A DNA stretch of 63,970 bases from an uncultured virus (IMG/VR IMGVR_UViG_3300011114_000961) (IMGVR_UViG_3300011114_000961:62001-125970), one strand, 5' to 3'. Positions 48,282 to 55,656 are shown, counted from the first letter of the stretch. A program made the numbers and translations. Notes: generated by a model from the letters alone, not told the origin.

Positions 48282-48504
48282 GTTTTGTAAGTGTCAGCAA
48301 GAGAAAGTCACGCTATACTGTATTCTTCGAAGGTACTTTATAGTAGAAGGTTAATGGGTTCAACTCCCACCCGCGGGCAACTGCGGAGGTCTGCAACGGA
48401 GACTGTACTGGACCTGTATCCCAAGTGACGTACCGAACCCCGCTCGAGCTTGTTAATTCGGGGGAATGGTAGCAATAGTGTGGTGCTACTACTTGCAAAT
48501 TCAA
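48282..48504 (+). ncRNA. Unassigned structured RNA, copy B
   Basis: Paralog of 47281-47466. Confidence 0.65.
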
Positions 48505-48509
48505 TATCA

Positions 48510-48585
48510 GCCCCGGTGATGTAACGGTAGCCATGTTGGTCTTAGAAACCAAATTCTGGGAGTTCGAGTCTCCCCTGGGGCACCA
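48510..48585 (+). tRNA. tRNA-Leu(TAG), short variable loop
   Basis: Cloverleaf, CT-TAG-AA loop, A73-CCA. Confidence 0.85.
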
Positions 48586-48594
48586 ATCAAAAAA

Positions 48595-48679
48595 GCGAGT
48601 GTGGCGTAATGGTAGCCGCATCAGACTTAAAATCTGAGGTCGTAATGGCGTGCCGGTTCGAGTCCGGCCACTCGTACCA
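48595..48679 (+). tRNA. tRNA-Leu(TAA)
   Basis: Type II cloverleaf, CT-TAA-AA loop, CCA. Confidence 0.92.
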
Positions 48680-48684
48680 ATTCA

Positions 48685-48776
48685 GGAAGATGATGCAGCG
48701 GGGATGGTCCTGCGACTGGCCTTGAAAACCAGGTTCTCTTAACAGGGATGGGGTTCGACTCCTCCGTCTTCCGCCA
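48685..48776 (+). tRNA. tRNA-Ser(TGA) with 8/4 acceptor/T-stem fold
   Basis: GGAAGATG/CGTCTTCC 8-bp acceptor, 4-bp T-stem, long variable arm, G73-CCA. Confidence 0.85.
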
Positions 48777-48835
48777 ATTTTACCAAAATCAGTTGACCAC
48801 TAAAAACAATGGTGTTATACTAGATAAATACATGC

Positions 48836-48914
48836 AGCGGAGTGGGGGAGTTCGGTCGTCCCCGGAAGTCTCATAAGCTTCAGATCGGTGGTTCAAATCC
48901 ATCCTCCGCATCCA
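48836..48914 (+). tRNA. tRNA-Met(CAT), initiator-like
   Basis: CT-CAT-AA loop, 1:72 mismatch, TTCAAAT T-loop; promoter TTGACC-N17-TATACT at 48793. Confidence 0.8.
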
Positions 48915-48995
48915 TTTTAACCTGTGTTGTATAAATACAACACAAGATATTTTAAGAGGTTGACTTCTTAAGATATATAACGTATAATTGATACT

Positions 48996-49121
48996 ATGAA
49001 AACGCAAATCTGTTCACTGTTGATTAAACCCATGCATCAGGCAAGTACCTGGGCGCGTGGCTATGGTCGCGTGAATACATTTCCAGGAGCCCGCGGGTCC
49101 TTGAGGAGTCATATACTGTAA
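48996..49121 (+). CDS. Putative leaderless leader peptide 2 (41 aa)
   Basis: TTGACT-N17-TATAAT (48960-48988) ends 7 nt before the ATG; followed by a terminator. Confidence 0.65.
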   Translation: MKTQICSLLIKPMHQASTWARGYGRVNTFPGARGSLRSHIL

Positions 49122-49142
49122 CAAGTATCAAGACATACCCAA

Positions 49143-49176
49143 AAGGACCCCGGAACTAAAAACTCCGGGGTTTTTC
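49143..49176 (+). terminator. Intrinsic terminator / attenuator 2
   Basis: accccgga-actaaaaac-tccggggt plus T run. Confidence 0.85.
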
Positions 49177-49400
49177 ATTTTGTAGAGTTGAATAGTGTGA
49201 ATAGGTAACGTGGACCTAGCCTGCACTTAAAACATGGGCAAACGGGCGGCCTCGGGGATGGCTTGTGTTCTTGTACATAAAAAAATCCGAGCGTATTAAA
49301 ACAGATTGCGTATCCGTTGCTGGTCGCTTGACAGAAATGTTATTCCCACAGCATACATTCTGTTTTAATACACACATTCGCAAGAGTGTGGAACAATTTT

Positions 49401-49483
49401 GGGGACATGGCAGGTGGTCGATTGCGACAGACTGTAAATCTGTTCTTAATAGCGCGGTGGTTCGAATCCATCTGTCTCCACCA
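49401..49483 (+). tRNA. tRNA-Tyr(GTA)
   Basis: Cloverleaf, CT-GTA-AA loop, CCA. Confidence 0.9.
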
Positions 49484-49587
49484 GTTATTGTATAGAGAGC
49501 TTCGATTACGGCACCTCTATACAAAACAACATAGAAGGCGTAATCCTAGTCTGCCCAGTAGCAGAGCGTCTATGTTGTGTTTTTTTC

Positions 49588-49663
49588 GGGGGATTGGTAT
49601 ACTTGGCTAACACACCTGGTTTGCAACCAGGAGCAAACGGTTCGAATCCGTTATCCTCCACCA
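49588..49663 (+). tRNA. tRNA-Ala(TGC)
   Basis: G3.U70 pair, TT-TGC-AA loop, CCA. Confidence 0.92.
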
Positions 49664-49670
49664 GTTTTGT

Positions 49671-49744
49671 TGGGACATTGTGTAATGGTAGCACAACAGA
49701 CTTTGACTCTGTTAGCCTAGGTTCGATCCCTAGTGTCCCTGCCA
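49671..49744 (+). tRNA. tRNA-Gln(TTG)
   Basis: Cloverleaf, CT-TTG-AC loop, CCA. Confidence 0.92.
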
Positions 49745-49745
49745 A

Positions 49746-49821
49746 GCAACTTTAGCTGATGTGGTCATAGCGGCGGCCTGAAGAGCCGTTGAAGTAGGTT
49801 CGATTCCTACAGGTTGCACCA
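49746..49821 (+). tRNA. tRNA-Phe(GAA)
   Basis: Cloverleaf, CT-GAA-GA loop, CCA. Confidence 0.9.
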
Positions 49822-49828
49822 ACAACAT

Positions 49829-49906
49829 GTAGCGGTGGCAGAGTGGCCCAATGCATGGGATTGCAAATCCCAAAAACCGTGAGTTCAAATCTCACCCGCT
49901 ACTCCA
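49829..49906 (+). tRNA. tRNA-Cys(GCA)
   Basis: TT-GCA-AA loop, U73-CCA. Confidence 0.92.
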
Positions 49907-49955
49907 AGTCAAGTCCATACAGCCCTTTGACGGCTTCGTCCCTGGACAGTTTTTT

Positions 49956-50032
49956 ACCGCCTTGGCTCAATTGGATAGAGCACTGGATTACGAATCCGGG
50001 GGTTGGGAGTTCGAATCTCTCAGGTGGTACCA
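49956..50032 (+). tRNA. tRNA-Arg(ACG)
   Basis: TT-ACG-AA loop, CCA. Confidence 0.92.
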
Positions 50033-50042
50033 TTTGTTATAT

Positions 50043-50119
50043 GGTGTCTGTCGCCAAGTGGTTAAGGCCTCGGGTTGTGATTCCGACATGCGTGGGTTCG
50101 ATCCCCATCAGACACCCCA
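50043..50119 (+). tRNA. tRNA-His(GTG)
   Basis: G-1:C73 pair, TT-GTG-AT loop, CCA. Confidence 0.92.
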
Positions 50120-50124
50120 GTTTT

Positions 50125-50199
50125 GGTTGTGTGACGTAGATGGATGCGTACCGCCCTCATAAGGCGAGGAGGTTGGATCGATGCCAACCACAACCACCA
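50125..50199 (+). tRNA. tRNA-Met(CAT), atypical T-loop
   Basis: GGTTGTG/CACAACC acceptor, CT-CAT-AA loop, T-loop ATCGATG. Confidence 0.8.
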
Positions 50200-50202
50200 T
50201 GT

Positions 50203-50276
50203 GTATCCATAGTGTAATGGCAGCATCGCGGTCTCCAAAACCGTCAGTCTAGGTTCGAGTCCTAGTGGGTACGCCA
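50203..50276 (+). tRNA. tRNA-Trp(CCA)
   Basis: CT-CCA-AA loop, G73-CCA. Confidence 0.92.
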
Positions 50277-50316
50277 AGTTTTTTATATGCTGTCGATACA
50301 GCATAAGTATTTTCAC

Positions 50317-50406
50317 GGAACGGTCCTATAATGGTATTAGAGCAGATTGCTAATCTGTCGCTCGGCGTAATCCGGGTTCTGAGTTCGAGTCTCAGTCGTT
50401 CCGCCA
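50317..50406 (+). tRNA. tRNA-Ser(GCT)
   Basis: TT-GCT-AA loop, long variable arm, G73-CCA. Confidence 0.9.
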
Positions 50407-50413
50407 AGTTTAT

Positions 50414-50489
50414 TCCTCAGTAGCACAGCGGTAGTTGCACTTGACTGTTAATCAAGATGTCCGTGGTTCGATCCCACGCTGAGGAGCCA
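50414..50489 (+). tRNA. tRNA-Asn(GTT)
   Basis: CT-GTT-AA loop, G73-CCA. Confidence 0.93.
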
Positions 50490-50508
50490 ATTTAATTTAG
50501 GAAACAAA

Positions 50509-50673
50509 ATGTCATCATTTAACACAAGCAACGATCCCATGAAGCATCACAGTGGCAAACCCAGACTGGGACCGCTGAATGTTGCTCAACTCACCAAGAT
50601 GTTGGAGAGTGCCAGGCCCAAGCACCGAGCCAAGATTCAACGTGCTATAGACAAAAGATCAAAGACATCCTAA
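50509..50673 (+). CDS. 54-aa basic hypothetical protein (absent from the ORF track)
   Basis: AGGAAA RBS; MSSFNTSNDPMKHHSGKPRLGPLNVAQL... Confidence 0.6.
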   Translation: MSSFNTSNDPMKHHSGKPRLGPLNVAQLTKMLESARPKHRAKIQRAIDKRSKTS

Positions 50674-50680
50674 CAATCAC

Positions 50681-50754
50681 GCCCTACTAGTACAATGGCA
50701 GTACACTGGTTTTGTAATCCTGTGATGGCAGTTCGATTCTGTCGTGGGGCACCA
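50681..50754 (+). tRNA. tRNA-Thr(TGT)
   Basis: TT-TGT-AA loop, CCA. Confidence 0.88.
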
Positions 50755-50773
50755 ATTTTTCAAAGGAGAACGT

Positions 50774-51034
50774 ATGGAACGATACAAACAACTAGTTCGC
50801 ATCCAGCGTTGTATCCTGGGCGAAGTAGATCACGAAGTAACTGTTCGCAATATTGACGGCAACTATCACTGCCGTGTGTATGTCAACGGTGAACTCAATC
50901 AAGAAGCAGTATGCTTGAACAAGCGTGACATCAGTTACACTTGCCGTAGTATGTTGCGGTGGGAAGACAAGTGCGGCAACTTTAGCGAATTTGCTACTGC
51001 GGCTCGAGCTCGACTCAACAAAGAACACATTTAA
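50774..51034 (+). CDS. Hypothetical protein
   Basis: AAGGAG RBS, 86 aa. Confidence 0.7.
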   Translation: MERYKQLVRIQRCILGEVDHEVTVRNIDGNYHCRVYVNGELNQEAVCLNKRDISYTCRSMLRWEDKCGNFSEFATAARARLNKEHI

Positions 51035-51128
51035 AAGGAAACATGACATGAAACGTGCTAAACGCTAGTGTCAATCCAGATCCCATGTAGGTCCGGGTTG
51101 GCACGTGAAAGACAATTTTACATACCAA

Positions 51129-51203
51129 CCCTCTAAGATGTTAAGGCAGCATGCCGGACTCTTAATCCGTGACGTCCGAGTTCAAATCTCGGTAGAGGGA
51201 CCA
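51129..51203 (+). tRNA. tRNA-Lys(CTT)
   Basis: CCCTCTA/TAGAGGG acceptor, CT-CTT-AA loop, CCA. Confidence 0.88.
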
Positions 51204-51207
51204 ACAT

Positions 51208-51283
51208 GGGATCGTGGTGAAATGGTTATCACAGCGGACTTTTAATCCGCCAGTTCCCGGTTCGAATCCGGGCGGTCCTACCA
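51208..51283 (+). tRNA. tRNA-Lys(TTT)
   Basis: CT-TTT-AA loop, CCA. Confidence 0.92.
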
Positions 51284-51364
51284 TATAAAAACACATTACC
51301 TAGTAGTAGCGGCGTACCCGTGAGCTATTAGTAGTCCTGCAGGCTAGTGTGTTTCTATATGGTA
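51279..51364 (+). repeat. Conserved-stem RNA cassette 4 (overlaps the tRNA-Lys CCA)
   Basis: taccatata-aa-aacacatta / tagtgtgtt-tc-tatatggta. Confidence 0.8.
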
Positions 51365-51410
51365 AAACTCAAGTTGACAAGGATCAACTTTGATGCTACA
51401 ATAAGATTTC

Positions 51411-52304
51411 AAGGGCGGTTTAACGTCCTATAAGCCAGCTTGCTGGTTTATGAAGAATAACTGTGGTGACACAGCCAAAGGAGGTATGCCTACATAACTC
51501 CGCTAGAGATAGTTCGTTTAAGCAAGCCTGCTCACTACCGTGAGGTAGCGATCACTGATAAGACCGGTGGTTGTAACAATGACGCTGGATGTTGTGGAAA
51601 GAACGTTGATTTACAAGCCCGCAAGGGGAACTTGAGTCGATGGAAAGTAACAGGTGGTGCTGACTTCACAACTAAACCAGTCCAGTTAATTAGTATGAGA
51701 AAGGGTAGCGTATTTGTCCGAGGGGTTGCACCCAAGGGCTCGTATGCAGTTTGAGTGGTTAGTGGGTCTGTCGAAAGGCGGGGACACACCGATCGCAAAA
51801 GACGACTGAGTAGTTCGCAAGACAAAAGGTACGTGGTGTGTTGTATTGTGTATTCCAAAAGAGTATGCAGCAACTGAGTCAGCACATCGCAGTAGGTTCA
51901 GTTATAGGCTAATGGTAGGCCGATTTCCTTTTAAGAAATAGACTGAAGGTTCAACTCCTTCTAACGATTAAAACGCAAAGACTGACTCGGTTGTATGTGA
52001 AAAGCATCTAATACTTGGCTCGCAAGAGAACCAAGTCTAATGAAGCTCGCAAGGTGACATTAGTTTATGCAGGAAGTTTCGTAAGGTGTTAGCGCACTTG
52101 AATGGCTCGCAAGGTCAACGGAATAGAAAGCGTAGAATAGCATACAGCGTCAAGACTACTGCCTGTCTCTAAACGGCGATGCTGACAGCAGACCAGGATA
52201 CCTAGAAATAGGGCCGGGTGGAAGTCGGAAGAAAGTATACTCGCAAGGTGTACAATAATGTCCGAGGTGTTGTTGGAGAGGATGTATTCTCAGTCCTTTC
52301 ACCA
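51411..52304 (+). ncRNA. Large ornate ncRNA, GOLLD-like, with embedded tRNA-Lys-like domain
   Basis: ~890 nt without a plausible ORF; own promoter TTGACA-N17-TACAAT (51374); about nine GNRA-type hairpins; ends pair (aagggc/gtcctt); lies inside a tRNA array. Confidence 0.75.
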
Positions 52305-52389
52305 TATGCAAACACATTAGATACCTTTTAGCATACGTTCGCACGGCGCTCTTGTATGTTAGATTACTTTTAGTGTGTTTCCATATGGT
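52301..52389 (+). repeat. Conserved-stem RNA cassette 5
   Basis: accatatg-ca-aacacattag / ttagtgtgtt-tc-catatggt. Confidence 0.8.
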
Positions 52390-52526
52390 TATCATATAAA
52401 TGCTTTCTGTAGTAGCTACACTGGAACAACACCAACCTTCACTAGCCCGCGGCGTGTGAAGAAGTGCCAGGAAGAGCAGGGCTACCGTGGATTCAAGCGC
52501 CGCAGAGAGCACCTATATATTATCAT

Positions 52527-52601
52527 GGCCGGTTAGCTCAGGGGGAGAGCATCGTCTTGATAAGGCGAGGGTCGATGGTTCGAAACCATCACCGGCTACC
52601 A
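52527..52601 (+). tRNA. tRNA-Ile(GAT)
   Basis: TT-GAT-AA loop, CCA. Confidence 0.92.
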
Positions 52602-52615
52602 AAAGACAGTTCATT

Positions 52616-53512
52616 ATGATTTATACATTAGGATGTAGTTTTACAAAATGGTATTGGCATACCTGGAGCGATTGGTTGAGCGAATATTCCACAGACACTG
52701 TTATCAACCTGGCCTGGCCCGGACGCAGCAATCAAACACAGTATTGGGAACTGTTGTCAAGATCAAAAGATATCACCCAGGACGATACTGTGATCATCAT
52801 GCTGAGTGGCAGCAATCGTGTCACAACATGGTACGACCAAGACTGGGTTGATCAGCACGATTGTCAAGGATTCTTTCCAGCTGCTGGAAGACTAGAATGC
52901 TCTCCAGTGCCCTGGCGCGGATTATATCGCACACACCCTGATCACGAAACAAGTCTTACACACATGATCGTGGATAATTTTTCTACCATATACCAAATCC
53001 AACATCTGTTGAATCAGATTGGGTGTCGTTATCACATGGTGTTTTGGCAAAATCCTTGGTTTGATGTTAGGCCTACTGTGACCATTGATTCCTGGAAATA
53101 TCGTTGGGATAGTTGCAATCAACTTTCCTCAATTGAATTGAACACTGCAAGTGAAATATTAAAGATTCCAGCAGTTTCCAATCTGTTGTCTCTTATTGAC
53201 TGGAACCGGTTTTTTATGCCACCAAAGGATCCACAGGATCCAAAATCTTATCAAGGACTATGGGAGTACAAGACTGCTCGGCAGTGTACACAAGAATATT
53301 TAGAATGTGTACACTCTGACCCACATCCCGATGCACTGATTCAGCATGATTTCTTAGTTGAAATAATACTAGGGCAGTCATTGGAAAACAACAGCACCCG
53401 GGCACGAGCACGAGACTTGGCCCTCCTGTGTTTGTCTCATGATGTAAAGATATCGTATCAAGACTTGATACCAATCTCAGCCCAAAACACTTTGAGAAAA
53501 ATTTACGAATGA
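52616..53512 (+). CDS. SGNH-like hypothetical protein
   Basis: GCSFT, NLAWPGRSN, DPHP motifs; paralog of 36696-37403. Confidence 0.65.
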   Translation: MIYTLGCSFTKWYWHTWSDWLSEYSTDTVINLAWPGRSNQTQYWELLSRSKDITQDDTVIIMLSGSNRVTTWYDQDWVDQHDCQGFFPAAGRLECSPVPWRGLYRTHPDHETSLTHMIVDNFSTIYQIQHLLNQIGCRYHMVFWQNPWFDVRPTVTIDSWKYRWDSCNQLSSIELNTASEILKIPAVSNLLSLIDWNRFFMPPKDPQDPKSYQGLWEYKTARQCTQEYLECVHSDPHPDALIQHDFLVEIILGQSLENNSTRARARDLALLCLSHDVKISYQDLIPISAQNTLRKIYE

Positions 53513-54420
53513 AAAACGTTTTGTTAATTGCATCATTTGGATCAGGGTCTACTTATTTTCAAAGAGCAGCCACTTTCTGGATTAGAGAACTGATACAACC
53601 TAATCTTGTCAATCCGCATGAATTGCTAAATGGAATAGGTGTTGGGGAGCAAGGCTATTTGATAAAAAAATGGGCCGACGTCAATACACAGAGTTTTGAT
53701 GAGTTGTCTGGGTTGTTGTCATCCAGTGCTAATCCTGTACTGGTGCGATTGGCCTATGACCATTGGCTGAATCGCAGCGAAACCAAATCACAACAAGAAT
53801 TATTTACAGAATACTTACGCAATAATTTCACAGTGTTTGGTAGCATACGAGACAATATTTTTGATTATGCATTGAGTTATGCTGTGCGACGCTGCACTGA
53901 CCGCCCGGCATCACAGCAGATCAACAACGTACACAGTGCCAAAGATCGTGTGCGCTTGTATGGAGATAAAAGATTTGAAGTTGACACAGATATTGTTATA
54001 CAACAATCACAACGATATCTCGACTATCGCAATTGGTTAAGTAACACATTTCCCGGATTTGTTCCGTTGTTGTACGAAGAGTTGTCAAGTGATATTGATG
54101 CAGTGCTGTGCCGATATTTTCCCACCCAACAAACAATCAAACAAAAATATGGCATCAGTATTGCCGAGTACACACAGTACCATTATGAGATTAGCAAAAA
54201 CATTGATCCAGAATTTGATGCAGACATGATTTCGGCCGTTGAGGCAATTGATAACACATTGTCAATCATGTGCAGTGATCAAGTCATGCTTGATACCATT
54301 CCTATCAAATCTACCACTCCGGCGGACAAGAGGCAGATTGTGATAAATTTTGTGCAGTGTGTTGATGCGTACAATCGCTGGGCTAGAGATAACAATCTAC
54401 CCGACTATTTGGAAAACTAA
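53509..54420 (+). CDS. Sulfotransferase-fold-like hypothetical protein
   Basis: GSGSTY, R..FDYALS, LLYEEL motifs. Confidence 0.55.
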   Translation: MKNVLLIASFGSGSTYFQRAATFWIRELIQPNLVNPHELLNGIGVGEQGYLIKKWADVNTQSFDELSGLLSSSANPVLVRLAYDHWLNRSETKSQQELFTEYLRNNFTVFGSIRDNIFDYALSYAVRRCTDRPASQQINNVHSAKDRVRLYGDKRFEVDTDIVIQQSQRYLDYRNWLSNTFPGFVPLLYEELSSDIDAVLCRYFPTQQTIKQKYGISIAEYTQYHYEISKNIDPEFDADMISAVEAIDNTLSIMCSDQVMLDTIPIKSTTPADKRQIVINFVQCVDAYNRWARDNNLPDYLEN

Positions 54421-54489
54421 TAATCAGATAGCAGTTGACAGGCAATATAAGTAAGTCTATAATGTAGATTGTCTAATATCAAAAAATAT

Positions 54490-54563
54490 GCGGGGTTCGT
54501 AAAATGGTATTACCTTAGCCTTCCAAGCTAAAGTCAGGAGTTCGATTCTCCTACCCCGCTCCA
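54490..54563 (+). tRNA. tRNA-Gly(TCC)
   Basis: CT-TCC-AA loop, U73-CCA; promoter TTGACA-N17-TATAAT at 54435. Confidence 0.92.
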
Positions 54564-54722
54564 GTTTTAGGGAGTTGGCTTCTGTACAGAAAGTCGTTAT
54601 GCCAACTTTAAACAACAAAGATCTCACGCACTCAACGATCGGAGAGGTTGTGCCCTAATTTTTACAAAGACTCTCCCTGACAGGCGGAGTATAATAGGAA
54701 AAGTTGTCTGTCACAAATTTTT

Positions 54723-54797
54723 GCCTGGTTAGCTCAGGGGGAGAGCATCTCGTTTACACCGAGAGGGTCCGCGGTTCGAAACCGTGACCAGGTACCA
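54723..54797 (+). tRNA. tRNA-Val(TAC)
   Basis: TT-TAC-AC loop, CCA. Confidence 0.92.
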
Positions 54798-55045
54798 TGA
54801 ATATGATTGAATACATAACAACATTTTTTGCCCTGTTCTGCATAGATATTTTTTACACATACTATCTAAGAGCAGTAGCAGATGGCCGGGCCATGCTTGC
54901 CAGCTCGTGGTCTGTGGTTGTTACTATTTTAGGAGCATTTGTGGTTATCAACTACACAACCGATCACATGTTACTGGTGCCAGCTGCATTGGGCGCATTC
55001 TGTGGCACGTTTGTGGGCATGAGATTGAAGAAGCAAGCAGAATAA
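54797..55045 (+). CDS. Small three-helix membrane protein
   Basis: Hydrophobic 82-aa ORF between tRNAs. Confidence 0.7.
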   Translation: MNMIEYITTFFALFCIDIFYTYYLRAVADGRAMLASSWSVVVTILGAFVVINYTTDHMLLVPAALGAFCGTFVGMRLKKQAE

Positions 55046-55047
55046 TT

Positions 55048-55124
55048 CGGAGTGTGGCGCAGTCTGGTAGCGCACCTGGTTTGGGACCAGGGGGTCCAAG
55101 GTTCGAATCCTTGTACTCCGACCA
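55048..55124 (+). tRNA. tRNA-Pro(TGG)
   Basis: C1:G72 pair, TT-TGG-GA loop, CCA. Confidence 0.93.
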
Positions 55125-55291
55125 AAGAGCAGCGTATGAGTTACATCATTCAGTATGAGTTGACAAGGTAGGTACCTAATCCTTGCAGCAGGCAATAGTA
55201 CATACATCAATGTAACAGGTGAGCAGTGATCTGCTTCGTAGGGGATACCTCAAAGATGTTCTCCACCAATTTTTTATAAGGAAGCAAGAGA

Positions 55292-55555
55292 ATGAAAGCA
55301 AGTCACATTTTGGTAAAAACACTCAACGAAGCGGTGTCACTGAAAAACAAACTAAATGAAGGTGCAAGTTTTGCCGACCTGGCACGAGCACACAGCACAT
55401 GCCCCAGTGGCGAACGCGGTGGAGACCTTGGCGAGTTTGGATCAGGACAGATGGTCCGACCATTTGAAGATGCCACCTTGGCAACTGCTGTGGGTTCAAT
55501 CAGCCAACCTGTGCAAACGCAGTTTGGTTACCATTTGATACATCGCACTGGTTAA
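55292..55555 (+). CDS. ppiC: Parvulin-type peptidyl-prolyl isomerase
   Basis: [33 protein letters not shown] motifs. Confidence 0.93.
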   Translation: MKASHILVKTLNEAVSLKNKLNEGASFADLARAHSTCPSGERGGDLGEFGSGQMVRPFEDATLATAVGSISQPVQTQFGYHLIHRTG

Positions 55556-55560
55556 TACAT

Positions 55561-55652
55561 ACCAGCGAGACTTGGGAGTCAGAGAGGTCTTATAAGCCTT
55601 TTAGCGCCAGATTAGCGTTCTTGAGAGAGTTCGATCCTCTCCGCTGGTACCA
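55561..55652 (+). tRNA. Atypical tRNA with TAT anticodon (Ile), long variable arm, minimal D-arm
   Basis: ACCAGCG/CGCTGGT-A-CCA; gaggt-CT-TAT-AA-gcctt; T-arm gagag-ttcgatc-ctctc. Confidence 0.75.
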
Positions 55653-55656
55653 ATTT

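Noticed and set aside
48685..48776. Selenocysteine tRNA (selC)
   Set aside because: The ends resemble selC, but the anticodon is TGA (Ser) rather than TCA and the fold is 8/4, not 8/5.
46920..52389. CRISPR array reading of the repeated ACCATAT..AACACA elements
   Set aside because: These are dispersed inverted-repeat pairs with variable-length interiors, not regularly spaced direct repeats; no cas genes in the window.
47142..52512. ORF-track entries across the RNA island (e.g. 47142, 47930, 49843, 51535, 52156)
   Set aside because: They overlap tRNAs or structured RNAs, lack RBSs and have non-protein-like composition.
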